Positions 7,978 to 17,870 of a stretch of DNA of 64,000 bases are shown here, piece after piece; the first letter of the stretch is position 1, and every line of letters begins with the position of its first letter. The DNA lies in IMG/VR virus record IMGVR_UViG_3300037225_000856, positions 48,404 to 112,403 of that record; one strand, written 5' to 3'. The notes under the pieces are model-generated. The model was not told the origin of the DNA, did not search any database, and saw nothing but the letters and a program-made list of their open reading frames with translations. Origin of the DNA: a virus. Both the position numbers and the translations under genes were made by a program.

Positions 7978-10710
7978 ATGAAAAGACTACTTATTTTATT
8001 AACATTTTTGATAGTCACCCTGACACTTCAGGCAACAACATATTATGTCAAAGCAGGGGGTAATGATAATGCCAATGGCACATCAACAGGCACTGCATGG
8101 GGGCATTGCCCGGGGCTGACAGGGTGGACGGGTACTGTAACACTTGCAGCAGGAGATAATATACTATTCAATCGTGGTGACTCGTGGTATGGCACTCTGA
8201 CAATTTCACAATCTGGAACATCAGGAAGTCGTATTACCTTTGGTGCTTATGGCTCAGGTGCAAAACCGATAATAACAGGATTCACGACTATATCAGGTTG
8301 GTCGAATAATGGAGGTGGTATATATTCCAAAGCAGTTACTTGCACATCTGTACCGACTAACATGGTTACTGTGAATGGTGTTAATACAGGGAAAGGCAGA
8401 TACCCGAAAGAAGGAAACTGGTTGACTAATACTACTGTAGGCATGGGTTATATTACAGATAATAGTTTACCCGCTTCTCCTAACTGGACAGGTGCAAATA
8501 TATTTCTGAAAACAGAAGGTTATAGATGGAATCATGGTACAATTACCAGTCAGCCAACACACCAAATTAATTATACTCAACAGGGTGGAGATGATAGTTG
8601 GTGTGGAGGAAATAGTTATGCTGGGTGGGGATATTTCATAGATAATTCACTTTTGACACTTGGCACAGTTAATGGTGTTGCTCCGCAATTAGGAGAATGG
8701 TTTCATGACGGCACTACTTTTTATATGTATTTTGGTGCGGTTGATCCCACGACAAAAATTGTTAATGTAGCGACATTGGATAATGCAGTAGTTTGCGCAC
8801 AATCTTATATTACTATTGATAATATAAGTTTCTTAGGATATAATGGAGATCATACATATTATAATAAATCAGCCGTACAACTGGGAGGATCAAGTTATGT
8901 TTCTGTTACTAACTGTGAGATAGGATTTATAGGAGCTGGTGGAACATTTCCGGGTGATTATGCAACTTATGATAATTGTTGGATTCATGATATTAATGGT
9001 ACTGCAATTCTTGGTCAGGCTTATAATTATCTTACTTTAACAAATAGTATCATTGAAAATATAGGTTTGATTTATAGTATGACAGGTGGATGGTATTCAC
9101 GTGGGATGGCATCTAATATTACCACTGGTACACACGCTTTGATTCAATATAATATTTTCAGACATATTGGCAGTGTTGGTGCATATATACAGGGAGGTGC
9201 TTATAATGTAGTTGATAAAAATTTATTTGATGATTGTGTCAGTAGGGCTTTTGATTCTGGTTGTATTTATGTGAATGGGAATAGTACGGGACGAGTCATA
9301 TCAAATAATATCTGCATAAATACGCAAGGCAGCATGGAAGGCATATCCGGAACATGGGCAACGTCATTCTGGACAACGGCTGAAGCTATTTATTGTGATT
9401 ATCCAAATACAGGGATAACACTCACAGGGAATACATGCGTGAATACAGTACATGGGTCTGGTATTAAGCTGCATAATTCACATGACATGTCAGTATCAAA
9501 TAATCTACTATATAGTAACTATATGGATGTTCAATATCTGGAAGATCAGTCCGATAATCCAATAAGAAATCTTAGTTTAAGTAATAATAAGATTATTGCT
9601 CAACGTGCCGGACAGATGTTAATAGCTGCTTATAGTAACACTGATGATATTCCTTCATTTGGACTTACAACGGCTTCCGGTAATATATACGGGAGACCTG
9701 TTGATGATGGGGTGGATCAGGATTTTTATACTTCCGAACCAACAGCAGGACATAATTACAGGACTTATGCCTATTGGCTTTCAAGATCAGGAGAGACAGG
9801 TTCTACATTCTCATCCGTTTCAACATCAAGTATGAATAATATTCACTTCATTTATAATGCAACAAAATCAGGTGTCAATTATACTTTATCTGCTGAAATG
9901 GTTGATATTGCAAATACAGCATATTCTGGAACAATAACACTGCCATCTTATTCTTCATTGGTTCTTGTTGGGGCAGGGACGGTTACTCCAGCAGGAAGTC
10001 CTACTTTTCCAACAGTTACAACTACAGTTATTACAAATATAACAAATACAAATGCTCAGAGTGGAGGCACAATAATTAATGATGGCGGGGCAACAGTAAC
10101 TTATGCTGGAATTATATGGAGTAATGTTATTGGATCAACAATTGATGATTTGCCCGATGCACCTTATGGTGGAATTTCCAATGTATATACTTATCCGTAT
10201 GAAGTTACTAATCCATTTGTGGCAACTACAGGCATTGTTTTAGCTCCTAATACCACATATTATTTGAAGGCTTATGCTACAAACAGCGCAGGTACTGCTT
10301 ACGGGGCAGATGTGCAATTTACAACACTGACTAATTCTGCTATACCAACAATAACAACTACTGCAATTTTTAATATTACTCAAACTACAGCGTCTAGCGG
10401 AGGTAATCTGACCTCTGATGGAGGCGCAAGCGTGACCTCAAGAGGAGTATGTTGGAACACCTCTGCAAATCCGACAATAGCAAATAATAATACATCCGAT
10501 GGCACGGGCACAGGTTCATTCACAAGTTCAATAACTGGATTAACAACAAATACTACTTATCATGTAAGAGCTTATGCAACAAATAGTATTGGCACGGCTT
10601 ATGGGAATGAATTACAATTTACCACTGCTACTGTCACCTCAATTCATGTAATATTTTCAGGCGGTAAACCAGTGTATTCTGGCACAAAAATAATAGTTAT
10701 AGTTCAGTAA
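7978..10710 (+). CDS. Sec-signal beta-helix glycan-active protein with two C-terminal FN3 modules
   Basis: Signal peptide ending LQA; TYYVKAGGNDNANG, FNRGDSW, GAYGSGAKPIITG, GRYP, DSGCIY; two PT...YxxxAYATNSxGTAYG FN3 repeats. Confidence 0.8.
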   Translation: MKRLLILLTFLIVTLTLQATTYYVKAGGNDNANGTSTGTAWGHCPGLTGWTGTVTLAAGDNILFNRGDSWYGTLTISQSGTSGSRITFGAYGSGAKPIITGFTTISGWSNNGGGIYSKAVTCTSVPTNMVTVNGVNTGKGRYPKEGNWLTNTTVGMGYITDNSLPASPNWTGANIFLKTEGYRWNHGTITSQPTHQINYTQQGGDDSWCGGNSYAGWGYFIDNSLLTLGTVNGVAPQLGEWFHDGTTFYMYFGAVDPTTKIVNVATLDNAVVCAQSYITIDNISFLGYNGDHTYYNKSAVQLGGSSYVSVTNCEIGFIGAGGTFPGDYATYDNCWIHDINGTAILGQAYNYLTLTNSIIENIGLIYSMTGGWYSRGMASNITTGTHALIQYNIFRHIGSVGAYIQGGAYNVVDKNLFDDCVSRAFDSGCIYVNGNSTGRVISNNICINTQGSMEGISGTWATSFWTTAEAIYCDYPNTGITLTGNTCVNTVHGSGIKLHNSHDMSVSNNLLYSNYMDVQYLEDQSDNPIRNLSLSNNKIIAQRAGQMLIAAYSNTDDIPSFGLTTASGNIYGRPVDDGVDQDFYTSEPTAGHNYRTYAYWLSRSGETGSTFSSVSTSSMNNIHFIYNATKSGVNYTLSAEMVDIANTAYSGTITLPSYSSLVLVGAGTVTPAGSPTFPTVTTTVITNITNTNAQSGGTIINDGGATVTYAGIIWSNVIGSTIDDLPDAPYGGISNVYTYPYEVTNPFVATTGIVLAPNTTYYLKAYATNSAGTAYGADVQFTTLTNSAIPTITTTAIFNITQTTASSGGNLTSDGGASVTSRGVCWNTSANPTIANNNTSDGTGTGSFTSSITGLTTNTTYHVRAYATNSIGTAYGNELQFTTATVTSIHVIFSGGKPVYSGTKIIVIVQ

Positions 10711-10745
10711 TAATAATTATAGTTCACTAATAATATTATAATTCA

Positions 10746-11015
10746 GTGAAAAAAATATTAATAATATTATTTTTTGTTTTTATTAGTATTTCAATGCAAA
10801 GAAATACTTCTAATGGTATAAAAATTTATCCTAATCCCATGCATGATCACTTTACAGCTTCTGTTGAAGAAGGTGCATTACCTCCAGTAATAAGAATGTA
10901 TGATATCTCTGGCAAAATTGTTTTAATGAAAAATATAGGAAAATATCTTTCAATTGTAGAAATTTCTTTTAATTTAAAACCGGGTACATATATCGTTGCT
11001 TTTGATGATAATTAA
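10746..11015 (+). CDS. Stand-alone T9SS (Por) C-terminal sorting-domain-like protein with signal peptide
   Basis: GTG start; hydrophobic N-terminus; IKIYPNP...IRMYDISGKIV...LKPGTYIV matches type-A CTD motifs. Confidence 0.75.
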   Translation: MKKILIILFFVFISISMQRNTSNGIKIYPNPMHDHFTASVEEGALPPVIRMYDISGKIVLMKNIGKYLSIVEISFNLKPGTYIVAFDDN

Positions 11016-11046
11016 TTTTTGAAAGTAAAATTTTCATAAAATATAA

Positions 11047-11055
11047 GTATTTATA
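11047..11055 (+). promoter_or_regulatory. Putative phage late promoter GTATTTATA
   Basis: Recurrent intergenic motif, 14 nt before ATG 11070. Confidence 0.65.
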
Positions 11056-11069
11056 TAAAATATAATATT

Positions 11070-11366
11070 ATGGATAATAGTTTTTTACAAGACGGGCAAG
11101 GCAATCAATCTAACAGTAGATTGATCGCTGATATAATGATAGTTTGCGGGCTTCTGATGGCGTTAATATTCATTGTTATAGGAGTTTTTAAACCTGAGAT
11201 TGATCTTATGAAGATAGCTACTGCAATAGGTGTTCTTTATGGTTCGGTAGCAGGAACAGCAATGACATTTTTATTCTTTCAGAAAAAGACAGAAGTACAA
11301 GAGGAAAAGAATAAACCAGATGAAAATAATAATGAAAACAAGTTAGAGTCTAAACAGGAAAAATAA
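11070..11366 (+). CDS. Small two-TM membrane protein, holin candidate
   Basis: Two hydrophobic segments, highly charged C-tail, late motif upstream, terminator downstream. Confidence 0.5.
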   Translation: MDNSFLQDGQGNQSNSRLIADIMIVCGLLMALIFIVIGVFKPEIDLMKIATAIGVLYGSVAGTAMTFLFFQKKTEVQEEKNKPDENNNENKLESKQEK

Positions 11367-11486
11367 TTTTTCTTGGTAAACATTATATAAAAATTTAATA
11401 TTCTTAATTGATTAATCAATTATATATGATTATGATGAAAATTTTATAATTATGTCTATTAATTAAATTTAAATATGTAATAATTT

Positions 11487-11514
11487 AAAAGACGAATTTA
11501 TTTTCGTCTTTTTT
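11487..11514 (+). terminator. Rho-independent terminator
   Basis: AAAAGACGAA-loop-TTCGTCTTTT followed by T tract. Confidence 0.7.
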
Positions 11515-11603
11515 ATAACATATCGATAATAATATTAATATTTGTTTCTAATAAACATGTAAGTATTTATGTTAGCATCATTTAATAAATATTAAAAATT
11601 AAT

Positions 11604-13766
11604 ATGAAAATAAAATCTATAAAAATATCAGGTCTTTTTATTTCGAGTCATTCTCCATCATTTATTTTGCAATTGACAACAACAACTGCTAATCAATCTA
11701 TAACATTACCACATTTACATGATGATGGTGCTGGTTATAATTATGTTCATAACTATACTGTTGATTATGGCGATAATTCAGGATTAAAAAAAGTAGTTTC
11801 ATATAATGACACTAACTGTACTCATATTTATTCTACAATAGGGACCTATTTAGTTAAAATATTTGGGACGTGTGAAACATTTTATACTAATTATACTTCT
11901 ATCAGATTACTTATTACCAAGGTATTATCTTGGGGTATGATTGGAATTAAAGTTGTTAGTTTTTGGGGATGTCAATTTATGACATCAATACCCCCTGATA
12001 TATTAGGTAGTTTTTCTTTAGTACAAACTTTTGGCGGAGGCGATACGTGGGGTTCATTTCAGGGATGTAATTCTTTAACGTCACTTCCGTTGGGATTATT
12101 TGATCATTGTGTGTGGGCGTGGGATTTTGAAAGGACGTTTTACTCGTGTGGTAATTTAATATCAATTCCTGCAGGATTATTTGATCATTGTGTTATGGCT
12201 GCTAACTTTCACTATACCTTTGAAGGATGCAATTCTTTAACTTCAATCCCTGCAGGATTATTTGATCATTGCCCCGATGTTTTCACATTCAGACATCTGT
12301 TTGAGGCAACTGCAATATCATCAATACCTGCGGGTTTATTTGATCATTGCCCCATAGTAACAGATATGTCATATGTTTTTCGAGAATGTATGAACCTAAC
12401 CTCGATACCGACTGGATTATTTGATCATTGCCCTCTCGTAGATGATTTTTCCTACGTATTTGAGGGTTGTATTAATATAAGTACTATTCCAGTTGATTTA
12501 TTTAAATATAATCTTAATGTATATAATTTTTACGATGCTTTTCTATCCTGCAGGTCTTTAACTTCAATCCCTGCAGGATTATTTGATCATTGCCAAAGCG
12601 TAACAACATTTTATGAATGTTTTTCACAGTGTTATGCTTTAACTGGTCTAGCTCCAGATTTATGGAATACGCACTCAGGTGCAACAGGAACTTTTTGTTT
12701 TTCTTACGATACTAGCTTATCTAATTATTATGATATACCTATAAACTGGGGAGGTCCTCCTGCAATGAGTGGTGATCCAGCATCATTAATTATATCTGTA
12801 ATTTCGCCAACAGAAATAGATCTTTCATGGACGGATAATGTAACTAATGAACAAGGATATAAAATAGAAAGAAGTGTTAATGATGATTCTCACTATTCAG
12901 TTATAGATTCAATTCCAGCAAATTCTAATACATATACGGGTACATCATTAAATCCTTCTACTCTCTATTATTATCGTGTTAGGGCATATAAAGGCAGTAG
13001 TACATATTCTAATTATACTAATAGTGTGTCTGGAACAACGTATGTAATACCAATTGCTCCATCAGGGTTGACTGGTATTCCTTCAACTACAGAAGCAACG
13101 GTAGATAATTTTACTTTTACTAATAATTCACCTAATTGTGAAGGAATAAGAGTATATATTTCACCTGATGGTGAAGAATGGTTTGAATTTATAGATATTT
13201 CTCCATTATCTGGAGATGCTACGGGATTTTCTTTGACAAATCTATTTCCTCCCGATTTTTCATTAGGATATAGATATGTTAAAATTTCTGCTTTTAGTGG
13301 AACTCTTGAGTCTGGGTATTCAAATATTGTTGAGGGATCACAGTATGATGCTATAAATACAATTGGTACAGACACCGGTGATTTCACTACATTATATGAC
13401 GCTATTGATTTCATAAATGAAGGAAATGCTATTGGGAATATTCTATATAAGGTCATCGAAAATACTATTGAAACAGAATCAGTAATTCTTTACGAATCAG
13501 GATATGAAGGTCTAAGCAGTTATGCATCAGTAATTATTTATCCTACAATATCAGGACTAACAATTTCTGGTAATATTGCAGGGGATTTAATAAGATTTGA
13601 TCATACTGATAATGTTAATATAGACGGAAGGGTTAATCAGGCAGGGGCAGCGGATTTACATATTACCAATTCTCATTCAGGGTCTCCCGTTGCTGTACAT
13701 ATTATCGGAGCCACAAACTCAGATGTTATTAATTGTATTTTAACTGGGTCAAAAATAATTGAATAA
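11604..13766 (+). CDS. BspA/TpLRR-type leucine-rich repeat protein with FN3 domain(s)
   Basis: Repeated F..C..LTSIPAGLFDHC units; IDLSWTDN..NEQGYKIERS...LNPSTLYYYRVRAY FN3; no signal peptide; GTATTTAT upstream at 11563. Confidence 0.8.
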   Translation: MKIKSIKISGLFISSHSPSFILQLTTTTANQSITLPHLHDDGAGYNYVHNYTVDYGDNSGLKKVVSYNDTNCTHIYSTIGTYLVKIFGTCETFYTNYTSIRLLITKVLSWGMIGIKVVSFWGCQFMTSIPPDILGSFSLVQTFGGGDTWGSFQGCNSLTSLPLGLFDHCVWAWDFERTFYSCGNLISIPAGLFDHCVMAANFHYTFEGCNSLTSIPAGLFDHCPDVFTFRHLFEATAISSIPAGLFDHCPIVTDMSYVFRECMNLTSIPTGLFDHCPLVDDFSYVFEGCINISTIPVDLFKYNLNVYNFYDAFLSCRSLTSIPAGLFDHCQSVTTFYECFSQCYALTGLAPDLWNTHSGATGTFCFSYDTSLSNYYDIPINWGGPPAMSGDPASLIISVISPTEIDLSWTDNVTNEQGYKIERSVNDDSHYSVIDSIPANSNTYTGTSLNPSTLYYYRVRAYKGSSTYSNYTNSVSGTTYVIPIAPSGLTGIPSTTEATVDNFTFTNNSPNCEGIRVYISPDGEEWFEFIDISPLSGDATGFSLTNLFPPDFSLGYRYVKISAFSGTLESGYSNIVEGSQYDAINTIGTDTGDFTTLYDAIDFINEGNAIGNILYKVIENTIETESVILYESGYEGLSSYASVIIYPTISGLTISGNIAGDLIRFDHTDNVNIDGRVNQAGAADLHITNSHSGSPVAVHIIGATNSDVINCILTGSKIIE

Positions 13767-13842
13767 GAAAAATTTGACTATTATATTATAAGAATTGATG
13801 AAAAGGAATTTTTATTAGTATTTATTAACAAACTACATAATT

Positions 13843-14010
13843 ATGAAAAATTTATTTGATAATTTTGAGATTAAATATCTTCCACTATATATTGGTATGA
13901 TAATTCTTATCGGTTGTATGCTTTATTTTAGTCAAAAACATATTCGTGAAGCAATTAAAGAAGTAAAAGCAAAAGAAAAAAAATCAATAACATTAAAAAA
14001 AAGTAAATAG
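13843..14010 (+). CDS. Small single-TM protein (55 aa, below the ORF-track cutoff)
   Basis: MKNLFDNFEIKYLPLYIGMIILIGCMLYFSQKHIREAIKEVKAKEKKSITLKKSK*, preceded by GTATTTATT at 13818. Confidence 0.55.
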   Translation: MKNLFDNFEIKYLPLYIGMIILIGCMLYFSQKHIREAIKEVKAKEKKSITLKKSK

Positions 14011-14034
14011 TAAAGAAAAATAAACCATATAATT

Positions 14035-14454
14035 ATGAATTACTCAACATTTGATATTAACAATTTCTTTATAAAAAAAGACAGTACGTTACCTGAATTA
14101 AAATATCCCTTAATTCAACAGGTGAGAGAAAAATATAACATTACAGATGATATGCTTGAAAATTGTGCAATCACAGCATCTATGATAGATGCAGAAACAG
14201 GTTTATATCGCATTGCAAATGTGCCAGCCAGTCTTGTTATTAATTATGACAGACTTGGCAAGCCATATGACGAAAAATATACTTTAGTTTATAAGTTCAA
14301 ATTAAGAGATACAAAAAAAGCAGGAAGATATAAAATGGAGCTGGTTATAGACTTTTTAGGTGAGCAAATCGGTTGTGGTAAAATTAAATTACCAGTTGAA
14401 GGACAGATTAATGTTATTATATCAGACTCAATTACTAAAACAGATGTAATTTAA
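14035..14454 (+). CDS. Hypothetical phage protein, possibly virion (BppU-N-like beta-sandwich)
   Basis: FFIKKDSTLP...YKFKLRDTKKAGRYKMEL...KLP pattern; weak resemblance only. Confidence 0.4.
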   Translation: MNYSTFDINNFFIKKDSTLPELKYPLIQQVREKYNITDDMLENCAITASMIDAETGLYRIANVPASLVINYDRLGKPYDEKYTLVYKFKLRDTKKAGRYKMELVIDFLGEQIGCGKIKLPVEGQINVIISDSITKTDVI

Positions 14455-14456
14455 AC

Positions 14457-14487
14457 CTTGACAATCAAAAAAATTTAACTATCTTTG
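14457..14487 (+). promoter_or_regulatory. Bacteroidota-type promoter (CTTG-N19-TATCTTTG)
   Basis: Consensus spacing, upstream of the helicase-polymerase operon. Confidence 0.7.
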
Positions 14488-14510
14488 CAATAATTTAATT
14501 AAGATATTTA

Positions 14511-16316
14511 ATGGAATTGCCTGTTTTTATAGTATATGTAGAAAGAATTCCCAGAAGACTGGCATATTATTTAAGGTTTTCAATAAACGACCAATTAATT
14601 CAGCGCATAAAAGAATTACCTCAAGAGACTCGTAAATGGAATTCAGTTATGATGGTATGGGAAGTTACAACGCCTTCATTATTGTCTCTTATTAAGAAAT
14701 ATAGAGGTTCGAATAAAATTCATTTTGATTTTGGCAATGAAGACAGTAGAAAAGTATTTATTCAACAAATTAAAAAAATTGAAATTGCTGAAGAAGAAAA
14801 ACGTAAGTTCATTGCCGATCTTAATATTAAAAAAGAGCAGTGGGTACAATATAAACTGGAGTTAGAGGAAACTTATGAGAAATATAGCGAGCAATGCCAT
14901 GCTTTATTAAACAAAGACATAAAACTTTATCCACATCAAATTACTGCAGCATTATTTATGAATGCCACTCGTAATACGTTAATTTCTCACGATATGGGAC
15001 TTGGTAAAACACTTTCGAGTATCCTTTATGTTGAAATGAATAATTTTGAAAAGGTTATTGTCGTTACTCCTAAATCATTAATGTTCAACTTCTTTTATGA
15101 GATTCAAAAATTCACCAGAAGTAATGCGCATATTATAAATTGGAAAAAAAATACTTGTTCTGTTGAGAATGCAAAATATGTTGTCATTAATTATGATTTT
15201 TTTAATTCGGGCAGTAAAGAAAAATTTCAAGCAAAATGGAACAAACTAAAATTTGATAAAATTGACTGCGTTATTTGTGATGAATCCGTAAAAATTAAAA
15301 ATACAAAAAGCAACACTTATAAAAATTTTAAATCGGTATTTAAAAAAAATATATTTAAAAACGAAAAAATCAGTAAAATTTTTCTTTCTGGAATTCCATG
15401 TCCCAATTCTTCACAGGAACTTTATAGTGTTATGAATCAGATATCTCCAACAGATTTTGCAACTAAGAAATATTTTCTGGAATATTTTTGTGGATTAGTC
15501 TACGATTATAATAGTGGTTGGGGTTATATAAAAGATAGTGGTGAAGCCAAACTTGAAGAACTTTATCATAAAATAGAACCGTTTGCGCATCGAAAAAGGA
15601 AATTTGAAGTATTAAATCTTCCAGAAATAACATATCAAAGACTAATATTGGATATGGACGATAAAGAATATGAAACATATGAAAAAATAGAATTGGGTGT
15701 AGTTAACGAATTTATAGAACATCCCACGCATAATCCGCTTACTACTATGATTCGTCTTCGTCAGTTTTTATCATCATTAAAAATTAAACATGTGTTGGAA
15801 TTGGTTGATACAATATTAGAAACAGGAGAAAAAGTTGTGATAGTAGATTTTTTTAAAGATAGTTTATATAAATTAAAAGAAAAACTTGGTAATGTTGGTG
15901 GTCTTCACACTGGCGACCAAACTCCTGAAGAACGTGCTGAAATCGTAAAACAATTTCAAGACCCTAATAGTGAAATGAAAGTTTTTATTGGCAGCATACA
16001 AACTGCTAATTTCGGATTAACCCTTACAGCAGCGTCAAAAATGTTTATTATGACATTACCCTATTCTGTTGGCGACTATGAACAACTTGCGAGTCGTATA
16101 CATCGAATCTCGCAACGAAATCCGGTAAGTATTTATCCCTTAATATATGATGATAATACAATAGATGGTCATGTATTTTCCGCCATTGAAAAAAAGCGAA
16201 AAGAAATAGTTAAAGTACTTGATAATGAAGACTATAAATCAAATGTTGAAGAATCTGTATTAGGTGAAGTAATTGAAAAAATAAAAGAAAAATATAAAAA
16301 TAAATTACATAAATGA
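14511..16316 (+). CDS. SNF2-family helicase/ATPase (SMARCAL1/HARP-like)
   Basis: LYPHQ, HDMGLGKT (Walker A), ICDES (Walker B), LSG.P..N, GLTLTAAS, SRIHRISQ. Confidence 0.9.
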   Translation: MELPVFIVYVERIPRRLAYYLRFSINDQLIQRIKELPQETRKWNSVMMVWEVTTPSLLSLIKKYRGSNKIHFDFGNEDSRKVFIQQIKKIEIAEEEKRKFIADLNIKKEQWVQYKLELEETYEKYSEQCHALLNKDIKLYPHQITAALFMNATRNTLISHDMGLGKTLSSILYVEMNNFEKVIVVTPKSLMFNFFYEIQKFTRSNAHIINWKKNTCSVENAKYVVINYDFFNSGSKEKFQAKWNKLKFDKIDCVICDESVKIKNTKSNTYKNFKSVFKKNIFKNEKISKIFLSGIPCPNSSQELYSVMNQISPTDFATKKYFLEYFCGLVYDYNSGWGYIKDSGEAKLEELYHKIEPFAHRKRKFEVLNLPEITYQRLILDMDDKEYETYEKIELGVVNEFIEHPTHNPLTTMIRLRQFLSSLKIKHVLELVDTILETGEKVVIVDFFKDSLYKLKEKLGNVGGLHTGDQTPEERAEIVKQFQDPNSEMKVFIGSIQTANFGLTLTAASKMFIMTLPYSVGDYEQLASRIHRISQRNPVSIYPLIYDDNTIDGHVFSAIEKKRKEIVKVLDNEDYKSNVEESVLGEVIEKIKEKYKNKLHK

Positions 16317-17524
16317 TATTAGATGAATTTGTTAAAATACGTTGGAATGGTAATAATATAAAGCATTTATCTGAAAAGGGATATTTATTTACAAAAAATA
16401 ATGATTTTATATTTGTTAAAATTTCAGATTTAAAAAGGGGCAGTAATATTAAAATCCATGTGAAGTGTGATATTTGTGGTACTGAAAGATATGTTAAATA
16501 TCAAAGTTATGTTAAAAATATTAGTGGTTGGAATTTTTATGGTTGTTCACGCAAGTGTTCAATATATAAATATCAGGAAAATAATTTAAAAAAATATGGT
16601 GTTGAACATCCCACTCAAAATAATGAGATTAAAAAAAGAACTAAGGAAACCAACATAAGAAAATATGGTGTTGACTGTCCATTACAAAATGAAATTATTA
16701 AAAAAAGAGTTAAAGAAATTAATATTGAGAGGTATGGCGTTGAAAATGTAATCCAAAATGAAAAAATTAAAGAAAAAATTAAAAAAACCAATATTGAAAG
16801 ATATGGTGTTGAAAATGCGAGTCAAAGCAAAGAAATTAAAGAAAGGGTTCGACAAAAAAATTTAATAATATTTGGTACAGAGTATGCTTCACAAAATGCG
16901 GAAATTAAAAAGAAAACAGTTAAAACTAATTTAAATAAATATGGTACTGAAAGTCCGCAACAAAATGAAAAAGTTAGAAAAAAAACAAAAGAAACGACTA
17001 TGCTGAGATACGGTTGTGAAAATCCCTCCCAATTTAAAGAATTTAAAGATAAAAGAAAAAATACTGTAATGTTAAGATACGGTGTTGAATATATTAGTCA
17101 AAATGAAAATATTAAAGAAAAAATTCAAGAAAGCATGATTGAAAAATATGGGGAAGTGTGGGTTAACCAAATACCTAAATATAATATCAATTCAATTATT
17201 TATTTAGATATGCTTTCAGAAAAACTCAACCTCCCTATTCAGCATGCGCTAAACGGTGGTGAAAAAAAATTTGTTAGATATTATGTAGATGGTTATATTT
17301 CAGAATATAATATATGTATCGAATGGGACGAAAAACAACATGAAAATAATAAACAAAAAGAAAGTGATGTAAAACGTGAATCTTTCCTCAAAGAAAATTT
17401 TAATTGTCAGATTATAAGAATTAATCAAAAAGAATTTTTGAAAGATGTTGATAATCAAATAAATCTGGTTTGTAATAAGATTAATAATTTTATAAAAAAT
17501 AATTATAATGGCAAACCTATATAG
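16313..17524 (+). CDS. Putative homing endonuclease (KYGVEx repeats + PD-(D/E)xK/Vsr-like domain)
   Basis: CDICG zinc knuckle; tandem ~23-aa N..KYGVE.P.Q repeats; YVDGY...CIEWDEKQH. Confidence 0.75.
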   Translation: MILDEFVKIRWNGNNIKHLSEKGYLFTKNNDFIFVKISDLKRGSNIKIHVKCDICGTERYVKYQSYVKNISGWNFYGCSRKCSIYKYQENNLKKYGVEHPTQNNEIKKRTKETNIRKYGVDCPLQNEIIKKRVKEINIERYGVENVIQNEKIKEKIKKTNIERYGVENASQSKEIKERVRQKNLIIFGTEYASQNAEIKKKTVKTNLNKYGTESPQQNEKVRKKTKETTMLRYGCENPSQFKEFKDKRKNTVMLRYGVEYISQNENIKEKIQESMIEKYGEVWVNQIPKYNINSIIYLDMLSEKLNLPIQHALNGGEKKFVRYYVDGYISEYNICIEWDEKQHENNKQKESDVKRESFLKENFNCQIIRINQKEFLKDVDNQINLVCNKINNFIKNNYNGKPI

Positions 17525-17870
17525 TTGGGGTGGTAATCCGTTTCGTGACTATTTGCTTAATTCAATGTTATTGGACATTGATATTTCGAATAAACAAACA
17601 AAAAGAGATATTAATAGTGCATTTAAATATTTTTTACAAAACATTTTGAATAATCCTAATGAAGTGGTATATTTGGATTTTGAAATAATAAAAAATGAAG
17701 GTTATTATAAACTCATTGGAAAAAATGCAATAAGTGCCTTATGGTTATGCGGTTATTTTCCAGTTGATGCCACAAACATAATGAAAAGTTGTATGTTTAT
17801 TATTGGAAATAGAAAATATGAATACAACAAAAAAACGAAAGAGTTAACGTATACAATAATTCAGAATTAA
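17508..17870 (+). CDS. Hypothetical protein
   Basis: ORF coupled to the polymerase start (TAATG overlap). Confidence 0.6.
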   Translation: MANLYSWGGNPFRDYLLNSMLLDIDISNKQTKRDINSAFKYFLQNILNNPNEVVYLDFEIIKNEGYYKLIGKNAISALWLCGYFPVDATNIMKSCMFIIGNRKYEYNKKTKELTYTIIQN

